Position numbers and translations under genes: made by a program. A stretch of DNA of 64,000 nucleotides. Source: the human T2T-CHM13v2.0 reference genome, Homo sapiens. This document shows positions 1 through 15,370 of the stretch, piece after piece (the stretch's first letter is position 1; each line of letters opens with the position of its first letter). Location: assembly GCF_009914755.1 (NCBI RefSeq), contig NC_060929.1; one strand, 5' to 3'. Below the pieces are notes generated by a model. It worked only from the letters and a program-made list of their open reading frames with translations. It did no database searches and was not told the DNA's origin.

Positions 1-860
1 CCTGCACATCCTGCACACGTACCCTGAAACTTAAAAGTAAAGAGAAAAAAGTGTTCAGTAACTCAAAGCTGAATAGAAATAGAGACAAAGTATACTGTAA
101 GGTAGAATTATTAAGGATAAATTCATCAGGAAGACATTATAGTTCTGAACATGGTTCTAATCTAACAATATACTAAGATGCACAAAGGAAAATAGACATA
201 AGGAAAAATTCGCAAATCCTAGTAAGTTGAGACAGCAGAACAGAGATTAATAAGAATATAGAAGATCTGAATGCCACTTACTCAGCTTGATTTAATATTT
301 GTTTGGAATCATATACTCTAAAATTATAAATCATATATTTTTCCAGCATGTATGGAAAATATGTACAATTTGATCATCTTTTAAGGATGACCTATGATAA
401 ATATATCATAGGTCATGTTCTCTTATTAAAATAAAAGAAATCAATAAGTCTAACCTTCATGATTTAGAAACTGAATTTCTCAGTTTATGAATAACAGTTC
501 ATATGGAAATCCTGAAATATTTAGAATTTAATAACAGTAAGAACAGAGCACATGAAAACTTTGAGGATATAGTTAAAGCAGCTGCCTCTTAGAGGAAATT
601 TTATAGCCTTAAATGCATCAGAGAAAGGATAAAATGTAAAACTTGCTAATAGAGGAAATCTAGTAGGACAGAACTTTGTAGGAAGAAGACTAGATTAAAA
701 ATAGTTTAAATATTTCTTTTCTCAGAAAAAATAATGAGTTAAGTGTTCAAGCCAAGTAGTTAGAAGGGAGAAAACTCAAATAAAAAAGGTAGTAGACATA
801 AATGAAATAGAAACAGATACAATAGAGTGTTCAGCAGTAAAAGAAAATGAGGTAGTTTCA

Positions 861-1307
<447 letters not shown>

Positions 1308-2250
1308 TCAGGATATTGGCTTGTTGGATGTTAGTTGGAAGGAGTGCTCAGGGAGAAGAGAAGCATAGGGCAAAAGAAAAACATGGGCTGCAAATATGTT
1401 GGAAACATTTTAGTCTTAATCTGGGCAGTGGAGATAAGCTTTCATTTTATTATATTTTTAACTTACATATGTGTTCTTTTACTTTCATGAAAATATACCT
1501 TTACAGAAAAGGTTCCAGAAGATACAATTTTTTTGAAGAGTTTTGTTTCATTTTTAAATAGGTTTTAAAATACATATACTCTAATATTCAGAAATAGCAT
1601 ATATAGAATTTATCTTTATTCATCATTCTCTTTAAGTATAAATAGTTGCAAGTTTACAAACGGAACAGTCTTTATTTCCTGCCCAGTTGGCACTTTGGTT
1701 TTGCATTAATCTGGTTCTGCCCTATGAGTCTGCCCTATGAGTCTGCTCTATGTGCAATTAAATTTTACTTGAACTGCTTCTACTAATCTTTTGGTATTCA
1801 ATTCAATTAAAAATTGTTCTTACCTGGAAATCAGACTTTATATGTGCCTGCATGTCTGTGCTTTGAGTAAGATGTTTACTATATTCTATATGGAGCAGAT
1901 ACAAGCCTAGGATTTATTTAATTCTTTTGTGCATTGTGGAAATCCAGTTAATGGTGCAGTTTTGGTGACTTTTAGTGTTTTAATTCAAGTGCTACTTTTT
2001 CCTTTAGGTGATTTTTAGACTTGATTCTCAAAGCAAGCAGTGAGGTTTTAAAAAATTGTAGCCATATCTATTTATATTAGTAAAATTGAACACTTAATAG
2101 GTCAAAATGTCATTTCTTTTTGACAACAATGCCTTTAAACACTTGTTTAAAGTTACTGAATTATTCAAGGCTTAAATTAAATTTGACCATGTCCCCAAGA
2201 TTTCTTTGTTGTTGTTTTGTGTTGTTCTTGTGTGTGTTTTAACATTATAG

Positions 2251-2352
2251 GCTATCGAGATGGAAATAATTCAGAAGCTTCAGGGCCATACAGAAGAGGT
2301 GGAAGAGGTAGTTTCCGAGGTTGCCGTGGAGGATTTGGTCTAGGAAGTCCAA
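2251..2352 (+). CDS. DDX4: DDX4 exon (probably 8), 102 bp, RG/FG-rich disordered region
   Basis: tatag|GC...CCAA|gttagt; encodes YRDGNNSEASGPYRRGGRGSFRGCRGGFGLGSP; phase 1-1. Confidence 0.97.
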
Positions 2353-3352
2353 GTTAGTACTGGATTTGCAAATGATGTGCTTCATTAACTGTTAAAAAGA
2401 AAATGATTTAAAAAAATACGTATCAAAGAAGGTTGTTATGAGGATTATATGAGAATAGCTTAGCTCAGTGACTAATACACATTAATCACCACATTGTATA
2501 TAACATTATTTTTTAGAGAGATTTGATTGCATATTGGTTAAGTTAAAATATATGAATTTAAAAAATAAGTTTGAGTGACTCAGTACTTTAATATTACATA
2601 CTGTTCATTGTTTTAGAGCTTTGATAATATGGCTGACCTTATAAACAGGTGACCTTCTATGTGGCTTTACCTCCCCACATACCTTCTTTCACCAGTGTGG
2701 CTTTCTACCTTAAATTTTTCCAGCCATCATTTTTTAGAGATAAGGTACTGACTTCAGAGGTCACTGTTGGAATGTATGTGCCTCTTAACAGAGGAGAACA
2801 GATTTATGGTTTTGGAAGCTAAAAACATAAATTTGTAATAATGATTTAATAGATGCGTAGCAGACTAGTGAATTGTCACTTTCACAGAAGTTTAGGGATT
2901 TTGAAGGGTTACCATGCAGGACTGGTAAGGTTTGATTTGGCAACAGTGGGAGCAAGGGGTGCTATTTTGAAGAATAAGTAGTGAAATGATGCAATGTGAA
3001 GTTTCTCAGGCAATTTCTAGAGATTTAACTTGCTTGTATCATATTTTGGCATAGCACTGGCCCTAATTTATTTAACGAAATATTTTAAATACATTTTGAG
3101 GAAGTAATTTATCATTGAAGGACATTATTTGTAGAGAATTCCTTTGCACAATACTTAGTTTAACTTGGTTTAATAGAATAGTTTAACTTAGTTTAATAGA
3201 ATAGTTTAACTTAGTTTAATAGGACAGTATTTTTCTATTTTACCCTGCATCTTTTAACTTCTGATACCATAACTTGATTTTTTTCTGTTTACTGAACGAT
3301 TAAAAAACTTCTTCAAAGTAATGTAATCTAATTTTACTTTCTGCAAATCAAG

Positions 3353-3433
3353 ATAATGACTTAGACCCAGACGAATGTATGCAGCGCACTGGTGGCCTTT
3401 TTGGTTCTAGAAGACCAGTATTAAGTGGCACAG
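3353..3433 (+). CDS. DDX4: DDX4 exon (probably 9), 81 bp
   Basis: tcaag|AT...ACAG|gtgaga; NDLDPDECMQRTGGLFGSRRPVLSGT; phase 1-1. Confidence 0.96.
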
Positions 3434-3751
3434 GTGAGAAATAGAACTTATTACTGAATATTAGTTACTGATGTATGTTTTTAGCACTAGGATTAGTAAA
3501 CCTAATATATATGTTAAAGTATACTAGTTTGGCTTATGATTTTCTCTGCTTTTAGATCTGTAGGTAAAAATATGTGGACAATTTTGTCTCCCTTATAAAA
3601 TTTGTGCAATGTGAATTATTTATTCTGTGTTATCTACCAGTTAATTTGAGGTGTGAATTATTAACTAGAGGAATAAAGGATTCTGAGTTAGGGGAAAAGG
3701 ATTTGTGTGAGTTGAAGTGAAAATGAAAACACAATTGATGAAAAATGTTCA

Positions 3752-4075
<324 letters not shown>

Positions 4076-4220
4076 GTTAAATCTAAAATTAAGAGATGGA
4101 TGGGTTAAAGGACCAGGATTCCTAAGTAATAACTTTGTTGAATAGAAATAACAACATGGTTTGTGTGCTTGAGCAGCAGCTGTGTTTTATCTAAATATGT
4201 TGTGAAACAATGCCTTACAG

Positions 4221-4268
4221 GTAATGGTGATACTTCTCAAAGCAGAAGTGGCAGTGGAAGTGAACGAG
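4221..4268 (+). CDS. DDX4: DDX4 exon (probably 10), 48 bp
   Basis: tacag|GT...CGAG|gtaagt; NGDTSQSRSGSGSER; phase 1-1. Confidence 0.96.
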
Positions 4269-4609
4269 GTAAGTTCTTATTTTGTTTACCCGAAAGAAGT
4301 TAAAATCATTGTATTCCAAATTTAATTTTTTTCTGTACTTCACTGGTTGGAAACAAATTTAATTTTTGAAGTTAAAGGTAACTGTTATTGCTTTTATACA
4401 CTGTGAGGACCATAAATTTACACAGCCTGTTTTAGATAGTTCCTTAATACCCTCCAGGTTATTGCCTCTCTGATCCAGCAATTCCATTATAGGAATTATA
4501 TACTATAGATGTATTTGGAAATAAATGTACAAGGATGTTCACTGAGATGTCATTTATAATAAGTAAAAACTGAAAATCACCTAAAATTCATAAATAAAAA
4601 ACTGTTTAA

Positions 4610-4914
<305 letters not shown>

Positions 4915-5075
4915 TTAATAAAATAATAATCATGAAATGAGATGCTGTGTGGAAGTTAAAGACAGATATAATATGTACAAATCCTTATTAAAACAATATG
5001 CTTTTTCTTATGGAATAGTTGATTTGGTCTGAAGGATAAAGTTAGCTCAATATATAATTTTTTACTCTTAAAGTT

Positions 5076-5377
5076 TTTTCTTTTCTTTTTTTTTTTTTTT
5101 GAGACAGAGTCTCACTCTGTCACCCAGGTTGGAGTGCAGTGGTGTGATCTCGGCTCACTGCAACTATCGCCTCCAGAGTTCAAGCCATTCTCCTGCCTCA
5201 GCCTCCCTAGCAGCTGGATTACAGGCACCTGCCACCACACCTGGCTAATTTTTGTATTTTTAGTAGAGATGGGGTTTCACCTTTGCCAGGCTGGTCTCAA
5301 ACTCCTGACCTCAGGTGATCTGCCCACCTCAGCCTCCCAAAGTGCTAGGATTACAGGCATGAGCCACTGCGCCTGAC
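5076..5377 (-). mobile_element. Alu (S-type)
   Basis: T-tract followed by reverse Alu; TSD TTAAAGTTTTT. Confidence 0.95.
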
Positions 5378-5867
5378 CTTAAAGTTTTTTCAAAGTATAA
5401 ATACTTCAGTGTCATATAAAAGTTAAAATGCTCTCCAGACTAGTAAATCAATGAAGCTTGCTCGATGTATTTGGAAGATTCTCAGTAATTATTATTAGTC
5501 TGAGAGAATTCAGAGTGACATTTCCCCCACCCCTGCTGATTCTTGGATTCTTCAATATAGAAAGAGTTTATTAAAGACTAGCTAAACCAAATCTCCTACA
5601 AATATTCACAGCCTATATGAAGGAGGATTTCAAGACCTGTGGACATACAAGATAAGAAAATTAGAGTTCACATATAAAAAATGTTACATCTCATTAGCTT
5701 TTGAATCTAATGCAGTCATAGTACCTAAAAGTGGAACAACAGATTACTTGTTATCTAAAAACCAGAAAGGTAATATATAGAAAGGAGTTAACAGGCCTGA
5801 TTGTTCATCAAAAATTCATCAGTAAACGAAATTGAAAATCTTACTTAAAAGGCTGTTCCTTGGCTAG

Positions 5868-6823
5868 TGTATATTAGTTAGGGTTCTCCACAAAGACAGA
5901 CCAAAAGGAAGGAGGGAGGAGATGGATGGATGGATGGATGGATGGATGGATGGATGGATGGATGGATGAATGGATGGATGAATGGATGGATGGATGAGAA
6001 GGAACTAATTAGGGGAATTGGCTCGTGAGATTATGGAGCCTGAGAAAGTCCTATGATAGGCTGTCTGCAAGCTAAGAACCAGGGAAACCAGTAGTATTGT
6101 TCAATTCAAGTCCAAAGGAACCAGTAAAGTTTTTTTTTTTTTTTTAATACTTTAAGTTCTAGGGGACATGTGCACAATGTGCAAGTTTGTTACATAGGTA
6201 TACATGTACCATGTTGGTGTGCTGCACCCATCAACTCATCATTTACATTAGGTATTTCTCCTAATGGTATCCCTTCCCCTGTCCCCCACCTTCCAACAGG
6301 CCCTGGTATGTGATACTCCCCTCCTCGTGTCCATGTGTTCTTATTGTTCATCTCCCACTTATGAGTGAGAACATACAGTGTTTGGTTTTCTGTCCTTGTG
6401 ATAGTTTGCTGAGAATGATGGAACCAGGGAAGTTGATGGTGTAACTCTCAGTTCAAGGCCAAAGACCTGAGAACCTCTTGGTGGGGCGGAGTCAGGGGGC
6501 GGGGGATTGCTGGTACAAGTCCTAGAGTCCAAAGGCCAGAGAACCTGGAGTTCTGATGTCCAAGGACAAGAGAAGAAGGGTGTCCCAGCTCCAGAAGAGA
6601 GAGAAAATTTGCCTTTCCTCTGCCTTTTTGTTCTGTCTGGCCCCTAGCCTATTGGATGGTGCCTGCCCAGATTGGATGAGGGTCGATCTTCTTACTCTGT
6701 CCACTGATACAAATGCCAGTCTATTCTAAAACACCTTCACAGACATACCCAGAAATAATGGTTTATCAGCTACCTGGGTATCCCTTAATCTGGTCAAATT
6801 GACACCGCAAATTAACCATCACA
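5868..6823. mobile_element. MLT2-type ERVL LTR containing a (GGAT)n STR and an inserted L1PA 3' fragment (6130-6420, minus strand)
   Basis: TGTATATTAGTTAGGGTTCTCC...AATTAACCATCACA termini; GAACCAG..AAGTT duplicated around the L1 piece. Confidence 0.8.
5921..5997. repeat. (GGAT)n tetranucleotide microsatellite
   Basis: Direct observation. Confidence 0.97.
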
Positions 6824-6824
6824 G

Positions 6825-7312
6825 CTAGCATCTGAAAACTTGGATTTGGGACGGGTTCCCACCATCCTGATTGGTAAGAGCAACTCATTGTGTGTAAACC
6901 ATTTGTGCATTGTGGTTTTTGCTGAATATTTGCTTTCCTTCTGGGAATCTGGAATTTGGTATGTGCCAGGCAGAAGGTGAGTACATTATTAGCCCCTAAT
7001 AAAAACCCTGGGTACTGAGTCTCTAATGAGCTTCTGAGTCTCTAATACTCTTCTCTGGTAGAGTTTACATGTGTTGTCACAGCTCATTGCTGGGAGAACT
7101 AAGCACATCCTGTGTGACTGCAGTAGAAGACACTTGGAAACTGGTGCCTGGTTTTCTCTGGGTTTTGCCTATGTGCCTTTTCTTCTGCTGATAGTACTCC
7201 CTATTTTTTCACTAATAAATCATAACCATGAGTATGACTATATTCTGAGTCTGGTGAGTCTTCCTAGCAACTACTGAACTGGGAATGGTCTTGGGGACAC
7301 CCCTCCAACACA
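6825..7312. mobile_element. MER21-like LTR fragment
   Basis: AAAAACCCTGGGTACTGAGTCTCTAATGAGC and a terminus resembling MER21 (recalled). Confidence 0.55.
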
Positions 7313-7587
7313 GGTTCTTTTAGAAAATACATTCCTTTGCTGATTAGGAAAGAAATATAACAGTTTAAACAAAGTGTAGTAATATGTAATAGTCTCCTCT
7401 ACGTAAAATCATCTTGAATACTACAGAAACTAAAAATGTACAAGGTTCTATTTAATTGTTTCAAGTATTTGTAAGAAGGGAATTTAAAGTTTTTTGGAAC
7501 TTGTTCTCTTTGAAGACAAGCAACGAAAATAAAGATGTGCACAGCCTTACATCTTGACCGATTGTCACTTATGAATTTCTTTAATAG

Positions 7588-7635
7588 GTGGTTACAAAGG
7601 TTTAAATGAAGAAGTAATAACAGGCTCTGGAAAGA
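7588..7635 (+). CDS. DDX4: DDX4 exon (probably 11), 48 bp
   Basis: aatag|GT...AAGA|gtaagt; GYKGLNEEVITGSGK; phase 1-1. Confidence 0.96.
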
Positions 7636-7737
7636 GTAAGTTTTCCTTAAACAAGGTGTTTGATTTTTATAGTGAGAGTTCTTTTACCTTTCAATTTTAA
7701 AAAACATGTATCTCTTTTTTATTTGATCCTCTTCAAG

Positions 7738-7785
7738 ATTCTTGGAAGTCAGAAGCAGAAGGAGGAGAAAGTAGTGATACTCAAG
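7738..7785 (+). CDS. DDX4: DDX4 exon (probably 12), 48 bp
   Basis: tcaag|AT...CAAG|gtatat; SWKSEAEGGESSDTQ; phase 1-1. Confidence 0.96.
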
Positions 7786-8019
7786 GTATATTAACATTTG
7801 TGTGACTCACATAGAAGTATGTTGTGTTTTAATAATGCTTAAGTATTTTACTTAAAAACAAAGTTATCTTTTAAAAATTTGAACAGTGAAAACTTTAAAG
7901 GTAAGCAGTGGGAAGTTCCATAGTATTTAAAATTTGATCTTGTCAATTTTTGTCTATTTTCTCTTATATTTTCTTGTAGTCTCTGTAACGTACATTATGT
8001 TTTTAATTTAAATTCCAAG

Positions 8020-8162
8020 GACCAAAAGTGACCTACATACCCCCTCCTCCACCTGAGGATGAGGACTCCATCTTTGCACATTATCAGACAGGCATAAACT
8101 TCGACAAATACGACACTATTCTTGTGGAAGTGTCTGGACATGATGCACCACCAGCAATTCTG
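8020..8162 (+). CDS. DDX4: DDX4 exon (probably 13), 143 bp
   Basis: ccaag|GA...CTG|gtcagt; [18 protein letters not shown]...GINFDKYD...PPAIL. Confidence 0.97.
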
Positions 8163-8808
8163 GTCAGTGTATTAATTGTTTCTGTATTAGCTATGTAGCA
8201 CACTTTGCCTTTAAAATACATTATGTAGTTTGTAAAGCTGATATCAACACATAGATTTCACCTTTCGTATATAAGGTCTTAGGTTGGAAATTTAGAATGA
8301 TGTCTTACCATCTATAATAGAATTAATTGCTATGTCAAAAGAGAGTAATAGATTTCATCCCCACTCCCCATACCAGGATGAGAATTTTATTTAAACTTAC
8401 TTAAAAAATGCTTTTCCTAGTGATTCAAGATGTTTTCCCAAGATTGTGAGAAAGTGTGTCTTAGGGCAGTGATTTTTCTGAGAGGGGGAGCCCTCTGTCT
8501 CCTATTGATAATTATACTTAGAACAAGCCATTACTGAGCAGAATTCTTCATATCTCATAGGTTTTAAGGGGGCAGGAAAAATGTTTTTAAAGCCACCATT
8601 TGTGGAGAATACTTCATGATTCTGTCAAATCATATTATAATATACAGGCTTTGAATATTTACTTCTGAGTGGAGGCATGTTACTAAAGTCACTTTAGTAT
8701 ATAAAGTAGAATTAACAGAACTTGGAAAGTAGCTCGAATGAAATATGCTTATAAATGATCTGCATATGATATATAGAATGTAATCACTGCTTTTTTTTAA
8801 ATTTTCAG

Positions 8809-8961
8809 ACTTTTGAAGAAGCTAATCTCTGTCAGACACTGAATAACAACATTGCTAAAGCTGGTTATACTAAGCTTACTCCTGTGCAAAAATACAGTAT
8901 TCCTATCATACTTGCAGGACGAGATTTGATGGCTTGCGCTCAAACAGGGTCTGGGAAGACT
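8809..8961 (+). CDS. DDX4: DDX4 exon (probably 14), 153 bp, Q motif and Walker A
   Basis: ttcag|ACT...ACT|gtaagt; TFEEANL...TPVQKYSIP...AQTGSGKT. Confidence 0.98.
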
Positions 8962-10136
8962 GTAAGTCTTTCCCCACATGTCCAAACTGTTAGGTTTTTT
9001 GAGCTTTGGTTCTTCCTTAGTAACTTGGTTTCTTCTTTTGAGTAGAAGGTTTGTAGATGGTTTCAGTTACCTGTCATAAGTATTGATGGTTTTGCTTCTG
9101 ATTTTTATTAGGATTTGTGTACTTCGGAAGAAAGAATTCTGAACTATTCCTGGGGTGGTGTTGCTGTCCATAGATGTTTAATCTTTTCTGTGTGCAGCTC
9201 TTTCTGAAACATGGTAGTATCTTAAACAAAGTGACTGAAAGTCAAAGCAGAGCTTATAAAACAGAGAGGGAGAAAGTAATTTCTGTATTATAGCTGGTAC
9301 ACTCGAAGTCAAAAGATTAAAGAATGAGAAACAGTTATGCATTGTGCATGATTCCTTAGTATTCAGTGACCTCAGGTTATGCTAATTATAAAAGAAGTCT
9401 GATGAAACCAGTTGGTTTTAGGACTAATCTGGGAGATTTGTGTGTTAATTAACGACTCCATAAGATGAGACTCTTATTTCTATGATCATAGAGTCCATGA
9501 GGTCATACCATTTTAGTCTTAATCAGCCTTCATAGTAGAATTGTAGGGAAAAACAGGTATTGTATAGCAGCTGATGAGAGTGTTAAACGTGGTTTTGGAG
9601 GTGGATTTTAGCAAGTGTCTTATTTGCTTAAATGAGAAAACTGTAGCACAAAATTTCTGTTGCCAGATGTAACTTCAATAAGGGTAATGTGTTCAGTAAT
9701 ACAGATGATGATTTCTAAGTTTTTACTCTGTGGGCCACTTTTGTCATCCATTCTGAATGATAATTTTATGACCTCAAAAGGACTAACTTAGAGTAATTGT
9801 TCACTGTAATGATTTGCAGCGATTACATCTATCATATTCCTCTATAAATATGCTAATGTTGTTGATCTGTTTAGAATTCGTGGGTATGCTTTTGAAAATA
9901 CACTGAAAAACTTTGATAGGTTAGATTAATTTTACCAAATTTTATATTGTATAATAAGAGCATAAAGACATAAATGTTAAGAACACCTTGAAATGAAAGT
10001 TGTTTTCATTTCTCATCTTAAATTTACCAGTAAGATGGAAGTAGAGTCTAAAGGCTATAAGGACATGAGGATTAGCTTTCCATAGGGATAAAAGTGTTGT
10101 GCTATAAGTTTGTAAACTAAGCAACTTAACTTCTAG

Positions 10137-10291
10137 GCGGCTTTTCTCCTACCAATTTTGGCTCATATGATGCATGATGGAATAACTGCCAGTCGTTTTA
10201 AAGAGTTGCAGGAACCAGAGTGTATTATTGTAGCACCAACTCGAGAATTGGTCAACCAGATTTATTTGGAAGCCAGAAAATTTTCTTTTGG
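10137..10291 (+). CDS. DDX4: DDX4 exon (probably 15), 155 bp, motif Ia
   Basis: tctag|GCG...GG|gtaagt; AAFLLPIL...[19 protein letters not shown]. Confidence 0.98.
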
Positions 10292-10483
10292 GTAAGTACA
10301 TCAGAGTGCTACTCACAAAATAGTTTTTTCTTTAGAGATTTTTTTCCCCTCACTTTTGGAAGAACTCAGTAATAATGCACTCATGTAATTTTTAGCATTA
10401 CTTAAAGTATTTTTTTATTATCTTGTTTATGGAATCCTTTTCATTTTTGAAAAGAAATATGCTTATTAAAAATTAGGTTAATA

Positions 10484-11363
<880 letters not shown>

Positions 11364-12420
11364 CCAACAGTTTTCTGTTTTAAGTATTTTCTTAGAATAG
11401 AGTTTTATCAATTTTAATGTTAAAGAGCAGGAACTTATTTTAAAGCTTGTAATTAATGTATATTTGTGCCTGCAGTCTATCAGAAGTCCAATTTCAGTAT
11501 ACCCTTTGCCAACATTTAGTTATCGCTGCCTAACAAACTCCCTTAAAACATAGTTGCTTTCAACAATAAACATTTACTGTCTCACCATTTTGGGGGCTTA
11601 GGAATTGGGGAACAGCTTGGCTTAGCTGGGTCCTTCTGAGTTAAGAGTTTCTTATGAGATTGTAAACGAGATGTCAACCAATTCTGGTTTTATTGTCAAC
11701 CAGACAAGATGTCAAGGCAGTCATCTGAGGGCTTCATTGGATCTCTCCATAGGGATGCATGATTAAATGGCACTGGCTTCCCCTAGATTAAGTGATCAGT
11801 AAGAACAAAGAGGAGGCTGTAATAGCTTTTATGAAATAGTCCCAGAAGTCACACATTGTCCTTCTGCCACATTCTCTTTGTAAGAAGCAAGTCACTAAGT
11901 TTGACCCCACTCAGGAGTGGCTATATTATAATTTATTGGAACTAGTGCAAAATTGAAAGTGCAGGGTCCTTTGTTGTAAAATTATTACAAATTTCAAGGC
12001 AGCGACAACAGAGCATTAAATGAAACACGGGATTCTTCTGAACTTGGGACTCTGTGTGACTGGACAGGTTGCACACTCATGAGGCCAGCCTTGCCCACAC
12101 TGAAGGGGGAAGGTAGAATCCATATTTGAAGGAAGGAATATATTGAAGAATTTGTATATGTATGTTAAAACCACCACAGGTGATTTTATTCTTTTCCATG
12201 CTTGAAATCACTTTAATATCAAACCTGATAGATCTTTTGGAAAAACATGTGGATTGCTTATTTCAGTGTTTATATCTTGCTAATCCTCATGTAACATGTT
12301 GCTTTCAGGCTTTTAAATCAAGTAAAAGATCTCAGAAATCACCACTAAATAACTTATCCATGTAACGAAATACCACCTGTTCCCCCAAAAGTATTGTAAT
12401 TAAAAAAAAAAATCAAGTAA

Positions 12421-12736
<316 letters not shown>

Positions 12737-12866
12737 AGAATTTAATATTTTTTTAGATAGTTGAATGTTTGTTTTTTTCTTTTTGGATTTTGTTTTATAT
12801 CTTGTTAGAAACAGATGCCTAATTTTTAAGTAACTAGAAAATAACATTTAGTTTTCTTGTTAATAG

Positions 12867-12996
12867 GACTTGTGTAAGAGCTGTTGTTATATATGGGGGA
12901 ACCCAGCTGGGACATTCAATTCGACAAATAGTACAAGGCTGTAATATATTATGTGCTACTCCTGGAAGACTGATGGATATCATAGGCAAAGAAAAG
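12867..12996 (+). CDS. DDX4: DDX4 exon (probably 16), 130 bp
   Basis: aatag|G...AAG|gtacgc; [11 protein letters not shown]...[14 protein letters not shown]. Confidence 0.98.
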
Positions 12997-14120
12997 GTAC
13001 GCCTTATAGGAATAATGAAGTTGTGAGATTGATACTTTTTGTTTGGTATGGGAAAAGGAAAGAATGAGGTAAAGACAGATGTATTTAGTAGAGCACTATT
13101 TATGTGTTAGCCTCCATCACATTCTTTGAATGCATTCTTATATAATTCTCAAGATAATCGCAGGGAATAGTGTTTTCTAATTTATACTTGGGAAAACAAA
13201 CTCAATGAGATTATGTAATTTATTTTAAAAATCCCTGAGTTAGCTCTAGTAAGTATAGAGCTAATGTTAGAATCTGGGTCTGATTCCAGAATCCATATTC
13301 TACATCCCACTACGCTGGGGGAAAAATGTAGTTAATAACTTTTTATCTGGTTTCATACATGTCTTGGGGAAATAGTTTTTCTCCTGTAAGAAACCCTTTG
13401 TGGCATCAATAATTCTGTCTCCTATGTAAGCATGGGAATGATATTAACCAGGATTGTTAATTTTCTAAATCTTTAAAAAGATTTTAGGGCCATGTACTTA
13501 TTTAGGAATTCATATACTATATTTTTGTATCTCTCAATCAGTACTTTCAGTTCACCTTAATGAACCAGATTTGCTTTTTAAAAACTCTTTAAAGGGTGCT
13601 TCTGAGTTAAGAGTCATTTTCATCCCTCTGGGTTACTCAAAAAAATGTTATTTCTGCATAAACACACCTTTCTTAGTATACTTATTAAAAGGACCCAGAG
13701 ATATCTACCTTACTTTCTTGCTAAACATCTTCATAGTGGTACCAAAATCACTTTGCAAGTGTGTTCTTCTGTTTATAGTAAAAGATGTTCATGCAAAGGT
13801 AAGAGGTTCCTGATTGTTCCCGAGTGATTAGAGAATGGAGAATTTACTAAGGATTTAAAGAGGTTAGAAAAAATTTTACCAGTTAGAAGATATTTGAATA
13901 TGTCATGCTGTTAGGATATTTTCTTTCTTACATTAGAGTCTAACTTTATCAAATACTATAATCTAGATCTGTATTGTCCAATACAGTAACCACTAGCCAC
14001 ATGTAACAATTTAAATTTAAGAATGATAAAAATTCAGTTCCAAGTCACAGTAGCCACATTTCAAGCGCCTAATAGCTAGCTACCTTTGGCTAATGACTAA
14101 CACGTTAAACAATGCAGATA

Positions 14121-14476
<356 letters not shown>

Positions 14477-14637
14477 TTATTGCACAGTGTTGATCTAGAC
14501 ATTTGGTTTCTTTTAGACTTAATTTTAAAAATGCTTTATAACAGAAAATTGAACTGAAATATACAGTAATATTATCTAAGCATATCAATTCTCATTTTAT
14601 ACACTAATTTCTAGTCTTTTTTCTTAACAGTATTTTA

Positions 14638-14839
14638 TTTTTTTTTATTTTTATTTTTTTCTTTTTTTTGAGACGGAGTCTCGCTATGTTGCCCAGGCTG
14701 GAGTGCAGTGGCGCGATCTTGCTCACTGCAAGCTCTGCCTCCCGGGTTCACACCGTTCTCCTGCCTCAGCCTCCCAGGTAGCTGGGACTACAGGCGTCCG
14801 CCAACACGCCTGGCTAATTTTTTGTATTTTTTTTTTTTT
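14638..14839 (-). mobile_element. 5'-truncated AluY-like element (right arm only)
   Basis: GCAAGCTC diagnostic; TSD CTTAACAGTATTTTA at 14623-14637 and 14840-14854. Confidence 0.92.
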
Positions 14840-14931
14840 CTTAACAGTATTTTAACAGTTGGAATTGTAGAGAATAGTTTAATATAAACTAATATGCATT
14901 TTCTGTTTTACCTTTGAAAATATCCTTAAAG

Positions 14932-15098
14932 ATTGGTCTCAAACAGATCAAATACTTAGTTTTGGATGAAGCTGATCGCATGTTGGATATGGGTTTTGGT
15001 CCAGAAATGAAGAAGTTAATTTCTTGCCCAGGAATGCCATCAAAGGAACAGCGCCAAACCCTTATGTTCAGTGCAACTTTTCCAGAGGAAATTCAAAG
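14932..15098 (+). CDS. DDX4: DDX4 exon (probably 17), 167 bp, DEAD and SAT motifs
   Basis: taaag|ATT...AG|gttaag; [22 protein letters not shown]...[10 protein letters not shown]. Confidence 0.98.
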
Positions 15099-15312
15099 GT
15101 TAAGTTTTTTTCTTAAAAATAATTTAATTATATATATATACATACTTTTATCAAAGTGGAAGCACTGTGAATATCCTATTTTTAGAGATTTGTCGTTAAG
15201 ATTTTAATATAGGTAGTTTAAAAAGTAGATGTATTTCTAAAACGTTTGCCACATTTTCCATTGTTTCTTACCTTTATTCCTGGCTTTGTGTTAACATCAC
15301 ATTTTATTTAAA

Positions 15313-15314
<2 letters not shown>

Positions 15315-15349
<35 letters not shown>

Positions 15350-15370
15350 TGTGTGTTGTTGTTGTTGTTG
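15315..15370. repeat. (GT)n microsatellite grading into (GTT)n
   Basis: Direct observation. Confidence 0.97.

Noticed and set aside
1717-1752. 13-bp triple repeat TCTGCCCTATGAG (and the 23-mer at 3156) as a CRISPR-like array
   Set aside because: No spacers, eukaryotic intron; simple slippage
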